A stretch of DNA of 64,000 nucleotides from Candidatus Latescibacterota bacterium (GCA_965217865.1 CBDCJO010000002.1:1536001-1600000); one strand, 5' to 3'; counted from the first letter of the stretch, positions 39,183-49,551 are shown. A program made the numbers and translations. The notes: a model not told the origin generated them from the sequence alone.

Positions 39183-41410
39183 AAACCGGAACCATACCCG
39201 GGAGTGAGTGCTATTCGCCCCACCTGAATGATGGCCACCTGGTCGGTTTGCGTGCCAGGGGGATGCGTACCTGTGTTTGCACCCATGGGCTCATCGATGG
39301 TAAGCTCGCCTTCTCCGACGATCGGATGATCCCTATCCAGTCCATCCCGGTCGAGATCGGTGTCAGGCGGTGTAGCTGGGTCTAACAAACCATCAAACTG
39401 GGCTTTGAGGTCGTCCATTCCCCACCGCGCTCCATAGAGGATGATCTGGATATTTCCTTTGGATCGCATCTCCTTATAAAAATCGGGATCCAGTGTGTCC
39501 CAGCCGCCGTGGTTCGGATCGACAATGACGGCATCGACAAGCCCTTTCTCGACCCACTCGCGCACATCCAGGGCATACCGAAGGTTCACCTGTTCATTTG
39601 CAAACGAGTAGGGTACCAGCTTGATCGGGCTTTCCTGCTTTTTTGACTCCTCCTCCAGCATTGCCCGGAGATCCTCCATCAGTTTGGTGACGTGCTGGGC
39701 GCGGAACTTCAGCCAGCGGCCGTCGTCATCGGAAAGCTCCAGCGGATCCTCTCCGTATTCCTTCCGGAAGGCATCACACACGTGCGGCTCGTATCCGACG
39801 AATTCCGGACCCCTGAAAAAACCCTGTGCAATCCCGTCGATCCTTCCGCCTTCGGCCTGGCAATGCCCGATGATTTCCTTGTAAAGCGCCACCACGTAGT
39901 CGCGGACTTCCGGGTACGCGTAGCTCATCTTGGCCGTTGCGTGAACGCCATCCTTGTTGACGATGCAGTACTCCGGATGATTGCGGAAGAACGGCCCCGA
40001 ATTCCGTTCCGAATCAGAGCCCCACGCCCCCATGCGGAGCATGACCCAGAAGTCCAGTCCCATCCGGTGCGCCTCATCGGCCGACACGGTCAGGACATTC
40101 ACGCCATTTTCGATGAGCGACCTCCGGCCCTGGATGCTCAACTCATCCCACTGCCGCTTCGTGACGCACGATTGCGTTCCGGTCTCGCCAACCTTTGTCG
40201 GGTATGTGGTCTTGTCGATTGACAGCGTCGGGCCCAACATCAAGATATTGCAGTCCTCAGCCCGTCTGACATAAGTCCGAACGATTTCTCTTACGTCGCC
40301 TTCGGTAGTCGCGTTGTACTCGACCAGTGCATCCGTGTCCCATCCGACAGCAATCATCGGCTTTTTTGCCCTCACGGGCTCCGGGACTGATGGGACTGCT
40401 TCAGCCGGAACGAACCTCAGCCACGCGACGCCACAGCGGATGTTGAAATGTATGTAGTCCGGCTTATAGACCCCCGGGCCGCACCAGGTGGCGAACCGGC
40501 TCTTTTGACGGAGGTGGATGTCCTGGCCGTCCATCTTGACGCGCTTCCAGAGTCGCTCCAGGAAAAATCCCCGTTTCACCGAAAAATAGGGCTCGTTCCA
40601 TCCCGGCGTCGGATGGAGCGGTAAATGTTTGAAGCCCGATTCCCCTGTCGTCCGGATATCGATCCCGGCGAAGTTGTATTTCTCATCGTGGGGGGAGACC
40701 GGGTCGTAGAGCCCCACGTAAATGTCATACCAGCCCGCCAGGTTTTCCTCTCCCAGAGGCAAAACGATCTCCTCTCCGAAGCAATCTTCATCGACCTCCA
40801 GCCCAACCCCTTCCTCAACGCCACTCTCGGGAGCTGCGTATTTCGACAGTTTCCACGTGCCTTGGCTCGTGTTTATCTGCTTGGGCGTCGGGATCGGAAT
40901 CAGCTTCAACCAGGCCAACGTACATGGCAAAGTGCGATGTCTCCACAGCGGGATCTGGGCCAGGTGCAGGTCCTGGCCAGTGAGGTCCGCGATCTTCCAG
41001 ACACGCTCATTGACCTCTAGGGACTTGGTTTCGGGGTGAGCCTTCCACACCGACCAATCCGGGTCTTTGCTGAGCCTTGCGTGCATCCCCTCCCCTGGAG
41101 GGCGATAGTGGGGGGGATGTTGAGCCCACATCCCATAGCGGACCTCATACCAGCCCTTGAGCTTCAATTCGCTCAACCTGTAGACGACAGGCGTCGCTCG
41201 CGTGGTCTCTGTGCCGACCAGCGCAAAGCCTTCGACATCTCCTGCCTTATATGGCTTCAGCTGCCATATACCGGGTGTCTCCGGATGCCTGGATACGAAG
41301 GTCTGCGGCTCGCAGGTGCTGAAATCGGTGATCAGCAGGGTCTCCCGCGAGTCGCTTTCGGCGTCAATCCTCTCGACGGGTTCGAAACGGCTCAGATCTG
41401 TGACAACCAT
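39179..41410 (-). CDS. GHL10-like protein (paralog of 1485..3719)
   Basis: 743 aa, colinear and highly similar to the 744-aa ORF. Confidence 0.7.
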   Translation of the reverse strand: MVVTDLSRFEPVERIDAESDSRETLLITDFSTCEPQTFVSRHPETPGIWQLKPYKAGDVEGFALVGTETTRATPVVYRLSELKLKGWYEVRYGMWAQHPPHYRPPGEGMHARLSKDPDWSVWKAHPETKSLEVNERVWKIADLTGQDLHLAQIPLWRHRTLPCTLAWLKLIPIPTPKQINTSQGTWKLSKYAAPESGVEEGVGLEVDEDCFGEEIVLPLGEENLAGWYDIYVGLYDPVSPHDEKYNFAGIDIRTTGESGFKHLPLHPTPGWNEPYFSVKRGFFLERLWKRVKMDGQDIHLRQKSRFATWCGPGVYKPDYIHFNIRCGVAWLRFVPAEAVPSVPEPVRAKKPMIAVGWDTDALVEYNATTEGDVREIVRTYVRRAEDCNILMLGPTLSIDKTTYPTKVGETGTQSCVTKRQWDELSIQGRRSLIENGVNVLTVSADEAHRMGLDFWVMLRMGAWGSDSERNSGPFFRNHPEYCIVNKDGVHATAKMSYAYPEVRDYVVALYKEIIGHCQAEGGRIDGIAQGFFRGPEFVGYEPHVCDAFRKEYGEDPLELSDDDGRWLKFRAQHVTKLMEDLRAMLEEESKKQESPIKLVPYSFANEQVNLRYALDVREWVEKGLVDAVIVDPNHGGWDTLDPDFYKEMRSKGNIQIILYGARWGMDDLKAQFDGLLDPATPPDTDLDRDGLDRDHPIVGEGELTIDEPMGANTGTHPPGTQTDQVAIIQVGRIALTPGYGSGF

Positions 41411-41480
41411 CTCTTGCTCCTTTTTGGTCGTCTTGATTCAGCTTTGACCTGCCAGATTTTCTGAAACCTGTTTGAATTCA

Positions 41481-42425
41481 TCAGCCGACTTTGACCAGCT
41501 TGCGGAAGGAACGCGCTGTTCTAGGCGGATCCAGCCGCCGGCCATAGGCGCTCCAGGATACCTCTCCAACGTACACATCCCCGTGCGAATCGACGGCCAG
41601 TCCGTGAGGCGCTGTAAATTGTCCCGGGGCCTCCCCCATCCGCACATCGCCCACCCGGGACAGACGTCGGCCCGTGAGATCGTGGATGCTGACGCAGGCC
41701 CCGAGGTTGGGATAATCGGCATTCACCGCCATTTCTGTGGGTATCTGTCCGATATATACCCGATCCCCTTCGATGTGCAGCCCACAGGGTCGATGGAGGT
41801 TGTTCCACTGGGAAAGATAGTTCCCCTCCTCGTCGAATATTTGCACACGGTGGTTCTCACGATCTGCGATGTAGACTTTCCCGTCACCGTCCGTACAGAC
41901 GCTATGCACCAGGTTGAACTGTCCGGGGTCTGTGCCATAATCCCCCCAGGAAAAGAGGTGCTCCCCAGCGGGGGAAAATTTATGAACCCTCGCATTTCCG
42001 TAGCCATCGGATATGTAAAGGTCGTCTGATTTAGGGTCGAAGGCTACCTTGGTTGGACGGTCAAAGGGTTGACCGCTCTGGGGCGGAGCGGGTCGGTCCG
42101 GGGTTCCGATGGTCATCAAAGGCTGACCGTCCAGGGTGAATTTACGAATACATTGACCATTGTCGTCCGCGCAATAGAGATTTTCGTCGGGCCCAAGGGT
42201 CAACCCGTGAGGTCTGGTAAACAGCCCTTCTCCCCAGGCGGTGACAAAGCTTCCGTCCCGTTCGAAGACGATCATGGGGTGCTCGCCTCGATTGAACACA
42301 TACACGCGGTCCTGTGAATCCACCACAACGTCGACCACCTCCTTGAAGGACCAGCCTTCAGGTAACGCTCCCCATTCCTCCAATTCCTCGTAGACGTAAT
42401 CTCCAGAGCCCAGTTTCGTTTTCAA
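41481..42425 (-). CDS. NHL-repeat (PAL-like) beta-propeller
   Basis: TTG start after AAGGAGGTG; VYVFNRG, PHGL, SDGYGNARV, GQFNLVH, ADRENHRVQIF. Confidence 0.85.
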   Translation of the reverse strand: MKTKLGSGDYVYEELEEWGALPEGWSFKEVVDVVVDSQDRVYVFNRGEHPMIVFERDGSFVTAWGEGLFTRPHGLTLGPDENLYCADDNGQCIRKFTLDGQPLMTIGTPDRPAPPQSGQPFDRPTKVAFDPKSDDLYISDGYGNARVHKFSPAGEHLFSWGDYGTDPGQFNLVHSVCTDGDGKVYIADRENHRVQIFDEEGNYLSQWNNLHRPCGLHIEGDRVYIGQIPTEMAVNADYPNLGACVSIHDLTGRRLSRVGDVRMGEAPGQFTAPHGLAVDSHGDVYVGEVSWSAYGRRLDPPRTARSFRKLVKVG

Positions 42426-42453
42426 AATCCACCTCCTTGTTAAGAAACCCGAT

Positions 42454-42771
42454 CTATTGCCAGTCGCCATCCGGGGGCCAGATGTTGTAGCTTCCTTTTC
42501 CCGCGCCCTGAGGACCCCCCTCGATCCAGTCCTTCACGGTATCTCGCCATTTGATGAAGTGCGGCGTCTGCAGATGGGCCTCGAAAGCCGCCTCATCCTT
42601 GTAGACTTCGTAGAGCCAGATCTTGTTGGGATCCCCACCGTCCTGAATCAGATCAAACCTGAGACAACCTGGTTCGTCCTTTACGGAGTCCCGCGCATCG
42701 TCAAGCATGGCTTCGATAAAAGGTTCCCTGTGTCCTTCCTTGATCCGGATAGATGCATTTATGATATACAT
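42454..42771 (-). CDS. ABM/LsrG-like monooxygenase domain protein
   Basis: Start MYIINA; EPGCLRFD, YEVY..AFEAHLQTPHF. Confidence 0.88.
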   Translation of the reverse strand: MYIINASIRIKEGHREPFIEAMLDDARDSVKDEPGCLRFDLIQDGGDPNKIWLYEVYKDEAAFEAHLQTPHFIKWRDTVKDWIEGGPQGAGKGSYNIWPPDGDWQ

Positions 42772-42809
42772 GTTTCCTCCTGATTCAGTCTTTGGATGAA
42801 TCCCGAAGG

Positions 42810-43550
42810 TCAATCCTCGCGCAAAAAGTCGTGGACGATTTCTCCGTAGCCTTCCGTGTAATCCATTTCCAGGTAGTACGCCCCATAATACTCCCGCGGG
42901 ACAAAGGCGGAGAGATCGTAGGTGGGCATCGGGTTGAACTCCACGAGGCCCTCTCCGGCGCGACATTCGTGGACTGTGACATCTGCGATCACTCGGGAGC
43001 AATCGATAATCTGCATCACTTCGGCGCCTTCTCGGTCGGCTCGGGGGATGACCTTGAGACGCCAGCCGGGGTCCAGTTTCGGCATATCCTCGAACGCCGC
43101 TTCCCGGGTCATCGTGGACCGAATGCTCATCGCAGAGACGCCGGCCAACCAGGTGTTCGTATACATCACCCTTTCGTCCATCGCGACCTCGAGTTCGGCA
43201 AAAACTTTCGGCGTCCCATAAATCTCACGGCCGGCCGGAATGCTGGATCGGGAATTGAGGAAGGCGACGGGCACAAAGTAACCCGTCTTCCCCTCCCACG
43301 TGCATTTGACAACGAGAAAGCTTTCGTCGAACTTGCCGTAGTTCGCCGCCCAGGGAATGGAGAGGCCGACTGCGGCGCAGAAGCCGTCTTCCGAGGGTTC
43401 GAAGCAGGCGGGCAAAACCCCATCAACCGCTGATACGTCTGCCCGGAAATAGACGAACTGGAATCGCGCATTTCGGTAGCGAGAAGGGAGTTTGGGATAA
43501 TAAGGAGAAAAAGCCGGCATGTTAGCGATCTCATCCAGTGGAATGGCCAT
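42810..43550 (-). CDS. Acetoacetate decarboxylase family protein
   Basis: MP..P, AGREIYGTPK motif containing the catalytic Lys. Confidence 0.85.
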   Translation of the reverse strand: MAIPLDEIANMPAFSPYYPKLPSRYRNARFQFVYFRADVSAVDGVLPACFEPSEDGFCAAVGLSIPWAANYGKFDESFLVVKCTWEGKTGYFVPVAFLNSRSSIPAGREIYGTPKVFAELEVAMDERVMYTNTWLAGVSAMSIRSTMTREAAFEDMPKLDPGWRLKVIPRADREGAEVMQIIDCSRVIADVTVHECRAGEGLVEFNPMPTYDLSAFVPREYYGAYYLEMDYTEGYGEIVHDFLRED

Positions 43551-43656
43551 AAAAGTTCTCCTTGTTCATTGAATATGAATATCGGAGAAATATTGAAACA
43601 ACCAGGACTTTTTTCTAGTCCAACTGATCTCGTTTCAATGTTCTTCTCTTCAATCT

Positions 43657-44658
43657 TCAATTTTGCTCTATACCTCTCTCCCACGGCACATCAATTCCAA
43701 GTTCCCCCGCAAGCTTCTCCAATTTTTGTCGATGTTCCCGCCCCACCGGAATCCCCTCCTCCCAGTAAGCCCGCTCCCGCTCTGCCTCCGGACCCCCCGG
43801 CAAGTAAGCCCGGTCAAAACCCTCAAGGGGCTTCGTGGTCCGGACCCATCGCACGTATTCAGCCATCTCGGCCTTGAATTCTTCGGGTTCCCTGAACAGT
43901 TCGATCCGGAAGGTTAAAACCAGCGATCCCTGGTACGCATGTTTATATTCCCGGGGCGTACGTGCATCGTCCATCGACAAGCCCGCCAGCAGGCCTCCCC
44001 AGGACTGACAGATCGCCCCCAATCCGATCGAACGGAGGACGACCCCGGGCGCCATCCGGGCGATCTCGTCGCGATTGGGAGAGCTGGAATAAAAATCGTG
44101 CATCGCCCCGAAGTCAAGCACCAGAGGGTCCTCTTTCCCAGCAGGTACGGAAAATGAGATCGGAGATCCGCCGCCGGCGCTGTAAATCGATGCGCCGGGC
44201 GACGTTCCCATCTGGTGGCCGGACGTGACAAAGGACACCAGATCGTGCTCAAGCGTGAGACGTGAATAGATCCCGGCCGCCCCGATGTGGCCGTGGTTGC
44301 GGCTTGCCATCACACCAATTCCCTGTGCCCGGGCCTTCTCGATGGCCCGGAGGGTGCCTTCGTAGGCCGGGAAGTAGCCGAGTCCTCCGTCCCCGTCCAT
44401 CAGCAGGCTCACCGGGGTTTCCTTCAGGACGGTTACCTCAGGTTTGTTGTTCAAACTCCTATCCCGCATCAGGATCGCATATGCCGAAATCTGCGCCGTC
44501 CCGTGGCTGAAATTACCTCTCAGATCGTTGGCCGTCAACAATTCCGCAAGGAGGGAAGATTTATCATCGGGCAAACCCACCGCCTGACCTGCTTTCCGAA
44601 CAAAGGCCTGGAGATCCCGGTGGGGGATCCGGATAAACGTCTCAGGCGGTCTATTCAT
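43657..44658 (-). CDS. Ldh_2 family (type-2 malate/L-lactate-like) oxidoreductase
   Basis: DLRGNFSHG, DGDGGLG, NHGHIGAAG, YLPG. Confidence 0.88.
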   Translation of the reverse strand: MNRPPETFIRIPHRDLQAFVRKAGQAVGLPDDKSSLLAELLTANDLRGNFSHGTAQISAYAILMRDRSLNNKPEVTVLKETPVSLLMDGDGGLGYFPAYEGTLRAIEKARAQGIGVMASRNHGHIGAAGIYSRLTLEHDLVSFVTSGHQMGTSPGASIYSAGGGSPISFSVPAGKEDPLVLDFGAMHDFYSSSPNRDEIARMAPGVVLRSIGLGAICQSWGGLLAGLSMDDARTPREYKHAYQGSLVLTFRIELFREPEEFKAEMAEYVRWVRTTKPLEGFDRAYLPGGPEAERERAYWEEGIPVGREHRQKLEKLAGELGIDVPWERGIEQN

Positions 44659-44676
44659 CTGATGGTCCCGTCCCCT

Positions 44677-45837
44677 TTAAGCGTCCGTCTCGATTCTCGC
44701 CCATCGCATGTGGGTCAGGCTGGCGTATGTACACCACCAGGTGGCAAGCAGTTCTCCGTTCATCGTCGTGATCATGGAAGGTGCGCCAAATGCGATGGTG
44801 TCGTGACTCCGGGGGTACCGATCGGGGCGGCTCAGGCCGATATGTGTCCAACCGGTCGCGTCCCATACGCGGATCTGATCCTTCAGATCCCATGTCCGGC
44901 CGCCATCCGGGGAGAGCACGACCATAAACCCGGGCATGTCGCTTTCACGCAAGGTATAGATCGCGGCCAGGCGTCCATCGGGCAGTTCCGTGGTTTTGTT
45001 CGTTTGGCCCGGGATCGAGGTGGGCTTCGGAGGTTCCCATCCCCGGCCGTCGGGATCGGCGTATGCATAATGGATCGGAAGATCGACGGGCCCCTGGTCG
45101 GTCATATTCGCCGACCAGAAGAGCGAAAACAGGCGGTCGTCGGAGAGCCGCGTCGCACGGCCGTGCCAGAATCCCTTGCCCTCCGCAGCACCATCGGCGA
45201 TTACGACCCTATCTTTCCATGTCTTCCCACGATCGTCGGAGAAGAACCCGAGCATGCGGGGTTTGTAGGGTCCCGGATCGTCGAACGCGGACCACTCGTC
45301 GAAGGTTGCGAGCCAGCGGCCGTCCGCGAGCTCGATAATCGATTGGGCGGCTGTCGCCACCATTCCTTCCGGGAGGGACATGACGGCCGGTTCGGACCAC
45401 GTGCGACCGCTGTCCCGTGAGGTGAAGAGGAGCGGGTCGTTCGCGATCAGTCCGCCGCCTTCACTGAAGAAGGGACTATCAGGATCAGACCGGTCCGCCC
45501 GAAAGGGGCATACCACCAGAGCCCCGTCGAGCATCCGGGAGATGAAAGTGGCGTGGTAAGAATATGGCCGGTCGTCTTTCGAAGTGTCCCAAAGATAACC
45601 TTCGTCCCGCCATGTCGCGCCGCCGTCTGTGGAGCGGAGCATGGCGATATTGCTGTTTGTCGCGTAGATTCCGCTCCCACGCTGGTAGATACAGATGAAT
45701 TCCTGGGGGGAGATCTGGACCACGTTCGGGAAGAAGGCGGAGAAGTGCTGATGCGCGGGATCGGGGTTGATGAACAGGATGCCGCTGTCAACGATGTGAA
45801 GGTTGGACAAGGTTGAATTCTCCGATGCCGTGTTCAT
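44677..45837 (-). CDS. BNR/Asp-box sialidase-like protein
   Basis: STDGGATW, SRDSGRTW, SDDRGKTW, SPDGGRTW. Confidence 0.85.
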   Translation of the reverse strand: MNTASENSTLSNLHIVDSGILFINPDPAHQHFSAFFPNVVQISPQEFICIYQRGSGIYATNSNIAMLRSTDGGATWRDEGYLWDTSKDDRPYSYHATFISRMLDGALVVCPFRADRSDPDSPFFSEGGGLIANDPLLFTSRDSGRTWSEPAVMSLPEGMVATAAQSIIELADGRWLATFDEWSAFDDPGPYKPRMLGFFSDDRGKTWKDRVVIADGAAEGKGFWHGRATRLSDDRLFSLFWSANMTDQGPVDLPIHYAYADPDGRGWEPPKPTSIPGQTNKTTELPDGRLAAIYTLRESDMPGFMVVLSPDGGRTWDLKDQIRVWDATGWTHIGLSRPDRYPRSHDTIAFGAPSMITTMNGELLATWWCTYASLTHMRWARIETDA

Positions 45838-45904
45838 GATGGGTTATGAAGGCCGTATCTCGAAAAAGCTCAGGAAAATTGTTTTAGCTCTTCCGCTTCA
45901 CGCT

Positions 45905-46360
45905 TCACGGTTTATTGGGTTTTCTGGTCAGGACGTAACGATCTTCTGCTTGCCGATAAAAGGCCTTCACGAATCTCCTCTCTTTAAATCCCCACTTTTC
46001 GTAGAGTGAAATCGCGGCTTTGTTATCCGGATCGACCGTAAGAAAGGTCCTCAGGTTTTGTTCGTCGATATCTTTGAGCAGAACCTCAAAAAGTTTGCTT
46101 CCTATCTCTTTTCCTCTGAATTCCTTTTTTACAAAGACTTTGTGTATGCAGTAGTCGCCGTTTACGCACGGGATCGCCAGGATCGCCCCAGCGATTCGAG
46201 AATCTATTTCCGCGCAAAACACGACGGCATGTTCCATCCAGATTCTCCATATATGTTCCCCGTCCGGGATGAATTCGTGGTTTTTGCCTTCGGTCCAGGC
46301 CTCTCGATCTAGAGCGGCGATTTCAAGGAAATCCTGTGGGACTGCCTGTCTTATCTGCAT
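45905..46360 (-). CDS. GNAT acetyltransferase
   Basis: V..EFRGKEIG, N..AISLYEKWGF; lower GC. Confidence 0.88.
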   Translation of the reverse strand: MQIRQAVPQDFLEIAALDREAWTEGKNHEFIPDGEHIWRIWMEHAVVFCAEIDSRIAGAILAIPCVNGDYCIHKVFVKKEFRGKEIGSKLFEVLLKDIDEQNLRTFLTVDPDNKAAISLYEKWGFKERRFVKAFYRQAEDRYVLTRKPNKP

Positions 46361-46502
46361 GTCTCAGTTCCTTTTTATACCCAAGAAATGGGGGGGGGGG
46401 TGGAGAAAGGACATATCTCGTATTTCGCCTGTACGTCAGCTGGTATGGGTTGAACCCCTCAGAAGCGGTTCGGAGTCTATTTGAACTCAGCCCTGGGGCC
46501 TT

Positions 46503-47336
46503 TCAGCCCTTAGAGCGTTTCGGTGGGGCTGCCGACACACCTTGCAACCCCCCGCTGACCCTAAGCACCTCACCTGTAATCCAGGACGCCGCCGGGCTGC
46601 AGAGAAAGGCTACACACTGAGCAATGTCGGCCGGCTCCCCCCACCGGCCCAGCGGAACGGCTTTCCGGACGCGCTCGATCATCTCCTCTTCGGTGATGCC
46701 GAGGCTCTCGCTCCGCTGCGCCATGTTCCGCTTGTTGAACTCCGTGTAAACAGGACCCGGGCATATCGCGTTGACTCGCACGCAGTAAGCGGCCAACTCC
46801 ACGGCAAGCGTCCTTGTCAGGCTGATTATACCCGTCTTGGCAACGTTGTAGGCCGCTACCAGGGCAGCCGGATTCTGGCCGTTGATCGATGAGATGTTGA
46901 CGATGCACCCCGACTCCTGACGCTCCATGATCCTGCCGGCCGCGCGGCAGCAATAAAACGCCCCTGTCAAAGTGGCGTCCAGCACGCGCGCCCACTCCTG
47001 GTCGCTCAACTCCACAATGGGGGCCACGGTCTGGCCGACGCCGGCGTTGTTGACCAGGATATCCAGCCGTCCGTGTTCGTCGATCACTCCATCAAAAAAA
47101 GCATTCACACCGGTGCTATCCGTAACATCCAGGTATCCCGCATGCACGTTGGAACCCTGTCCTCGCAGTCCTTCGGCCTCCCTCTGGGCCTTTTCGAGCT
47201 GCAAGTCGGCGATTATCACCGAGGCGCCACTGCCGGCCAACTCCCCTGCCATACCCAGTCCCAGGCCCTGGGCCGCCCCGGTTACCACAGCGATAGAGCC
47301 ATCGAGCCTGTGTGAAGAACTCACATTTTCGCTCAT
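46503..47336 (-). CDS. Classical SDR oxidoreductase
   Basis: Start MSENVSS; TGAAQGLG, NNAG, YNVAK, PGPVYT. Confidence 0.92.
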   Translation of the reverse strand: MSENVSSSHRLDGSIAVVTGAAQGLGLGMAGELAGSGASVIIADLQLEKAQREAEGLRGQGSNVHAGYLDVTDSTGVNAFFDGVIDEHGRLDILVNNAGVGQTVAPIVELSDQEWARVLDATLTGAFYCCRAAGRIMERQESGCIVNISSINGQNPAALVAAYNVAKTGIISLTRTLAVELAAYCVRVNAICPGPVYTEFNKRNMAQRSESLGITEEEMIERVRKAVPLGRWGEPADIAQCVAFLCSPAASWITGEVLRVSGGLQGVSAAPPKRSKG

Positions 47337-47346
47337 GCGGGAAGCC

Positions 47347-47493
47347 TCAATCCTTATAGGGCCAGGGGACCTTTGAAAACATGCCACCGTCGACATAGAG
47401 GATCTGCCCAGTTATAAAACCGGCCTTCTCCCCGGCGAGGAAGACCACGGCTTGGGCAACGTCTTCAACATTTCCGACACGCCTTATTGGGCA
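47347..47493 (-). pseudogene. C-terminal remnant of a second SDR
   Basis: CPIRRVGNVEDVAQAVVFLAGEKAGFITGQILYVDGGM...*; no start codon. Confidence 0.8.
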
Positions 47494-47515
47494 TGAACAG
47501 CCCGTGCCTTATCTA

Positions 47516-48634
47516 TCATCCATAGACGCGGATTCTCGCCCAGTGAATGTCCATCTCGGTTTCGGTCCCGGCATAATATACAACGAGGACGTCGCCGTTC
47601 GGAAGGGGATCCGCGAAGGGAAGCCCGAAGGACCAGACGGCCAGGCCGAGGGCGCCAGCCTGATCGGTGTCGCTTGTAGCCCCCTCCCGGTGCCGGTAGA
47701 TCACCACCTCGCTTTCGGGTTCGAAGGGGGCATCGACAGACGGGGCGACGCGGGCGCGGATGGTCTGGGTCCCGAACCGGTCGACCCAGGGAAGCACGAC
47801 ACGGCCATCGGGCAAGATCGCGGGATGGCCGGCCTGATCGGTGAATCCCAGGTCTTCAGCGGGGGACCAGGTCCGGCCATTGTCCGTACTGATGCGGCGG
47901 TGGATGTTCAGGTATTCGCGTGTCTCGGAATTGTAGGTCCAGGCGAAGGTCACGACGCGTCCGTCCGGCGCTACCCCTGTCCGCAGGTCCCAGTTGAAAA
48001 TCCGGCCGGTGGGATCGAACCCTGCGATCGATGGCGGGCCCCAGGTTCGTCCGGCATCGGTTGAATGGAACATGACCACGCGTTGCATCCACCTGGAATC
48101 GTCCTCGTAGGATTTACTCTCTTCGACGCTCATAGCCATCGACCCGTCGGCCAGGAGCAGAATCGGATTTGTGATGCCCGCGGGACCGAACTCCTTGGGC
48201 ATGGGCATTTCCCTAAACGGGGACCAGGTTTCGCCGAAGTCCTCCGAGTCGGCCAGCAGATTTGCCATGGGCAGGCACCCTTCGGTGTCGGGATTGAAGA
48301 GGCCTCCTCCCGGATAGGTTTCCCGGTCGACCCAGACCATGCCGGCGATCAGCTGTCCGGGCGCGTGCTCGGTCAGATTACAGACCCTCAAGGAGCCCTT
48401 CAAGCCCCGCACAAAGGGTGACCCGAAGGGGCGGCGGGGAGCGCTCCACGTCGCACCCCCATCGGCTGAACGACAGAACTCAATGGTTCCGTCAGCGGAG
48501 TCTTTATCTGCTCCGGACCGACAGGTGGCCAGAAGCGTTCCGTTCGAAAGAGAGACTAGAGTCGGAAACGAAAGGGTCGCGCGCGATGTCCCGGGATCGC
48601 TTCGGTTCAGGATGCCGGTGTCGAGGATGTGCAT
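47516..48634 (-). CDS. BNR/Asp-box sialidase-like protein
   Basis: SADGGATW, SEDFGETW, STDAGRTW, STDNGRTW. Confidence 0.85.
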   Translation of the reverse strand: MHILDTGILNRSDPGTSRATLSFPTLVSLSNGTLLATCRSGADKDSADGTIEFCRSADGGATWSAPRRPFGSPFVRGLKGSLRVCNLTEHAPGQLIAGMVWVDRETYPGGGLFNPDTEGCLPMANLLADSEDFGETWSPFREMPMPKEFGPAGITNPILLLADGSMAMSVEESKSYEDDSRWMQRVVMFHSTDAGRTWGPPSIAGFDPTGRIFNWDLRTGVAPDGRVVTFAWTYNSETREYLNIHRRISTDNGRTWSPAEDLGFTDQAGHPAILPDGRVVLPWVDRFGTQTIRARVAPSVDAPFEPESEVVIYRHREGATSDTDQAGALGLAVWSFGLPFADPLPNGDVLVVYYAGTETEMDIHWARIRVYG

Positions 48635-48817
48635 GGGAGGCCCCAGTGGGAAATGAAAAATGAAAAATGAAAAGTGGAAAAGTCAGGGGCCAGAGATCAG
48701 GGGTCAGGGCCTACGAAGCCGGTCATGTGGAGAAAATGATTCTCAGCTGCCACAACTAAACGTCATAAGTATTTGCGCATACATGAAAGCTTTTAGTGAG
48801 TCAAGATTGAACAAAAT

Positions 48818-49415
48818 TTAATTTTTTGTATGTCGAGCTTCAGCCTCAGCGATAGCCTTCAGCGCTTCGTTTATTGCTTGAAATCCCTGTTTTGTTCCAG
48901 CTTCTATGCTACCCCATAATAATAACGCAAGTATTCCCCTGAATTTCTCCCCGTGAATGAATCGAATTTTCCCATCCGATAACTCTTCAATTTTGAAGTA
49001 GTGATCGCCATCAAACAAACCAGGCATTAATACCCGTCCTATCCATCTTAGTTCTTCACCGATTGTTTCGAAAGTCGTACTGTATTCTTATGTCCTGAAC
49101 GATTGCTTTTGGGTATTTGAGCGTCCTTCGACTGCGTCTCCCAAACACCGGGGGGGCCCGCTCAGGATGTAGTCGAAAAGAACACTCAAAATCAGACCTG
49201 TGACGAATACCCGCCAGGACAAGATAACATCCTGAGCCCCCTTCGACTCCACTTCGTTCCGCTCATGGCTAGGGCTTCGACAACCTCAGGGTAAACTCCG
49301 CGGCGCCCCAACGCAGCGTAGTCGAAGGATGACTCGCGATTGTTAGTTCGCCCGATATACTTTTAATGAATGGGTTCCACTCAGGGTATTGTTTAAAGCC
49401 TATCAAATGACTCCA
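48818..49415 (-). pseudogene. SRPBCC/polyketide cyclase-family gene interrupted by a palindromic repeat cluster
   Basis: N piece F..YPEWNPFI (about 49340-49415); C piece ELRWIG..PGLFDGDHYF..HGEKFRG..NEALK (48818-49070). Confidence 0.75.
49124..49329. repeat. CCTTCGAC..CTCAGG-family nested palindrome cluster
   Basis: TCCTTCGACT/AGTCGAAGGA outer and CTCAGGATGT/ACATCCTGAG inner inverted pairs. Confidence 0.7.
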
Positions 49416-49551
49416 TCTTGATCGTTGTCCAGGGAACGAGGTCACAGAGAAGGTGGAAGAGGTGTCCACTCTTGGCGAAATGGAAGCGAAACGCTTCGGA
49501 TAATATGCGCAATTAGTTAAGTCGTTACATCTCATTCCGGGCTTCCCTGAA

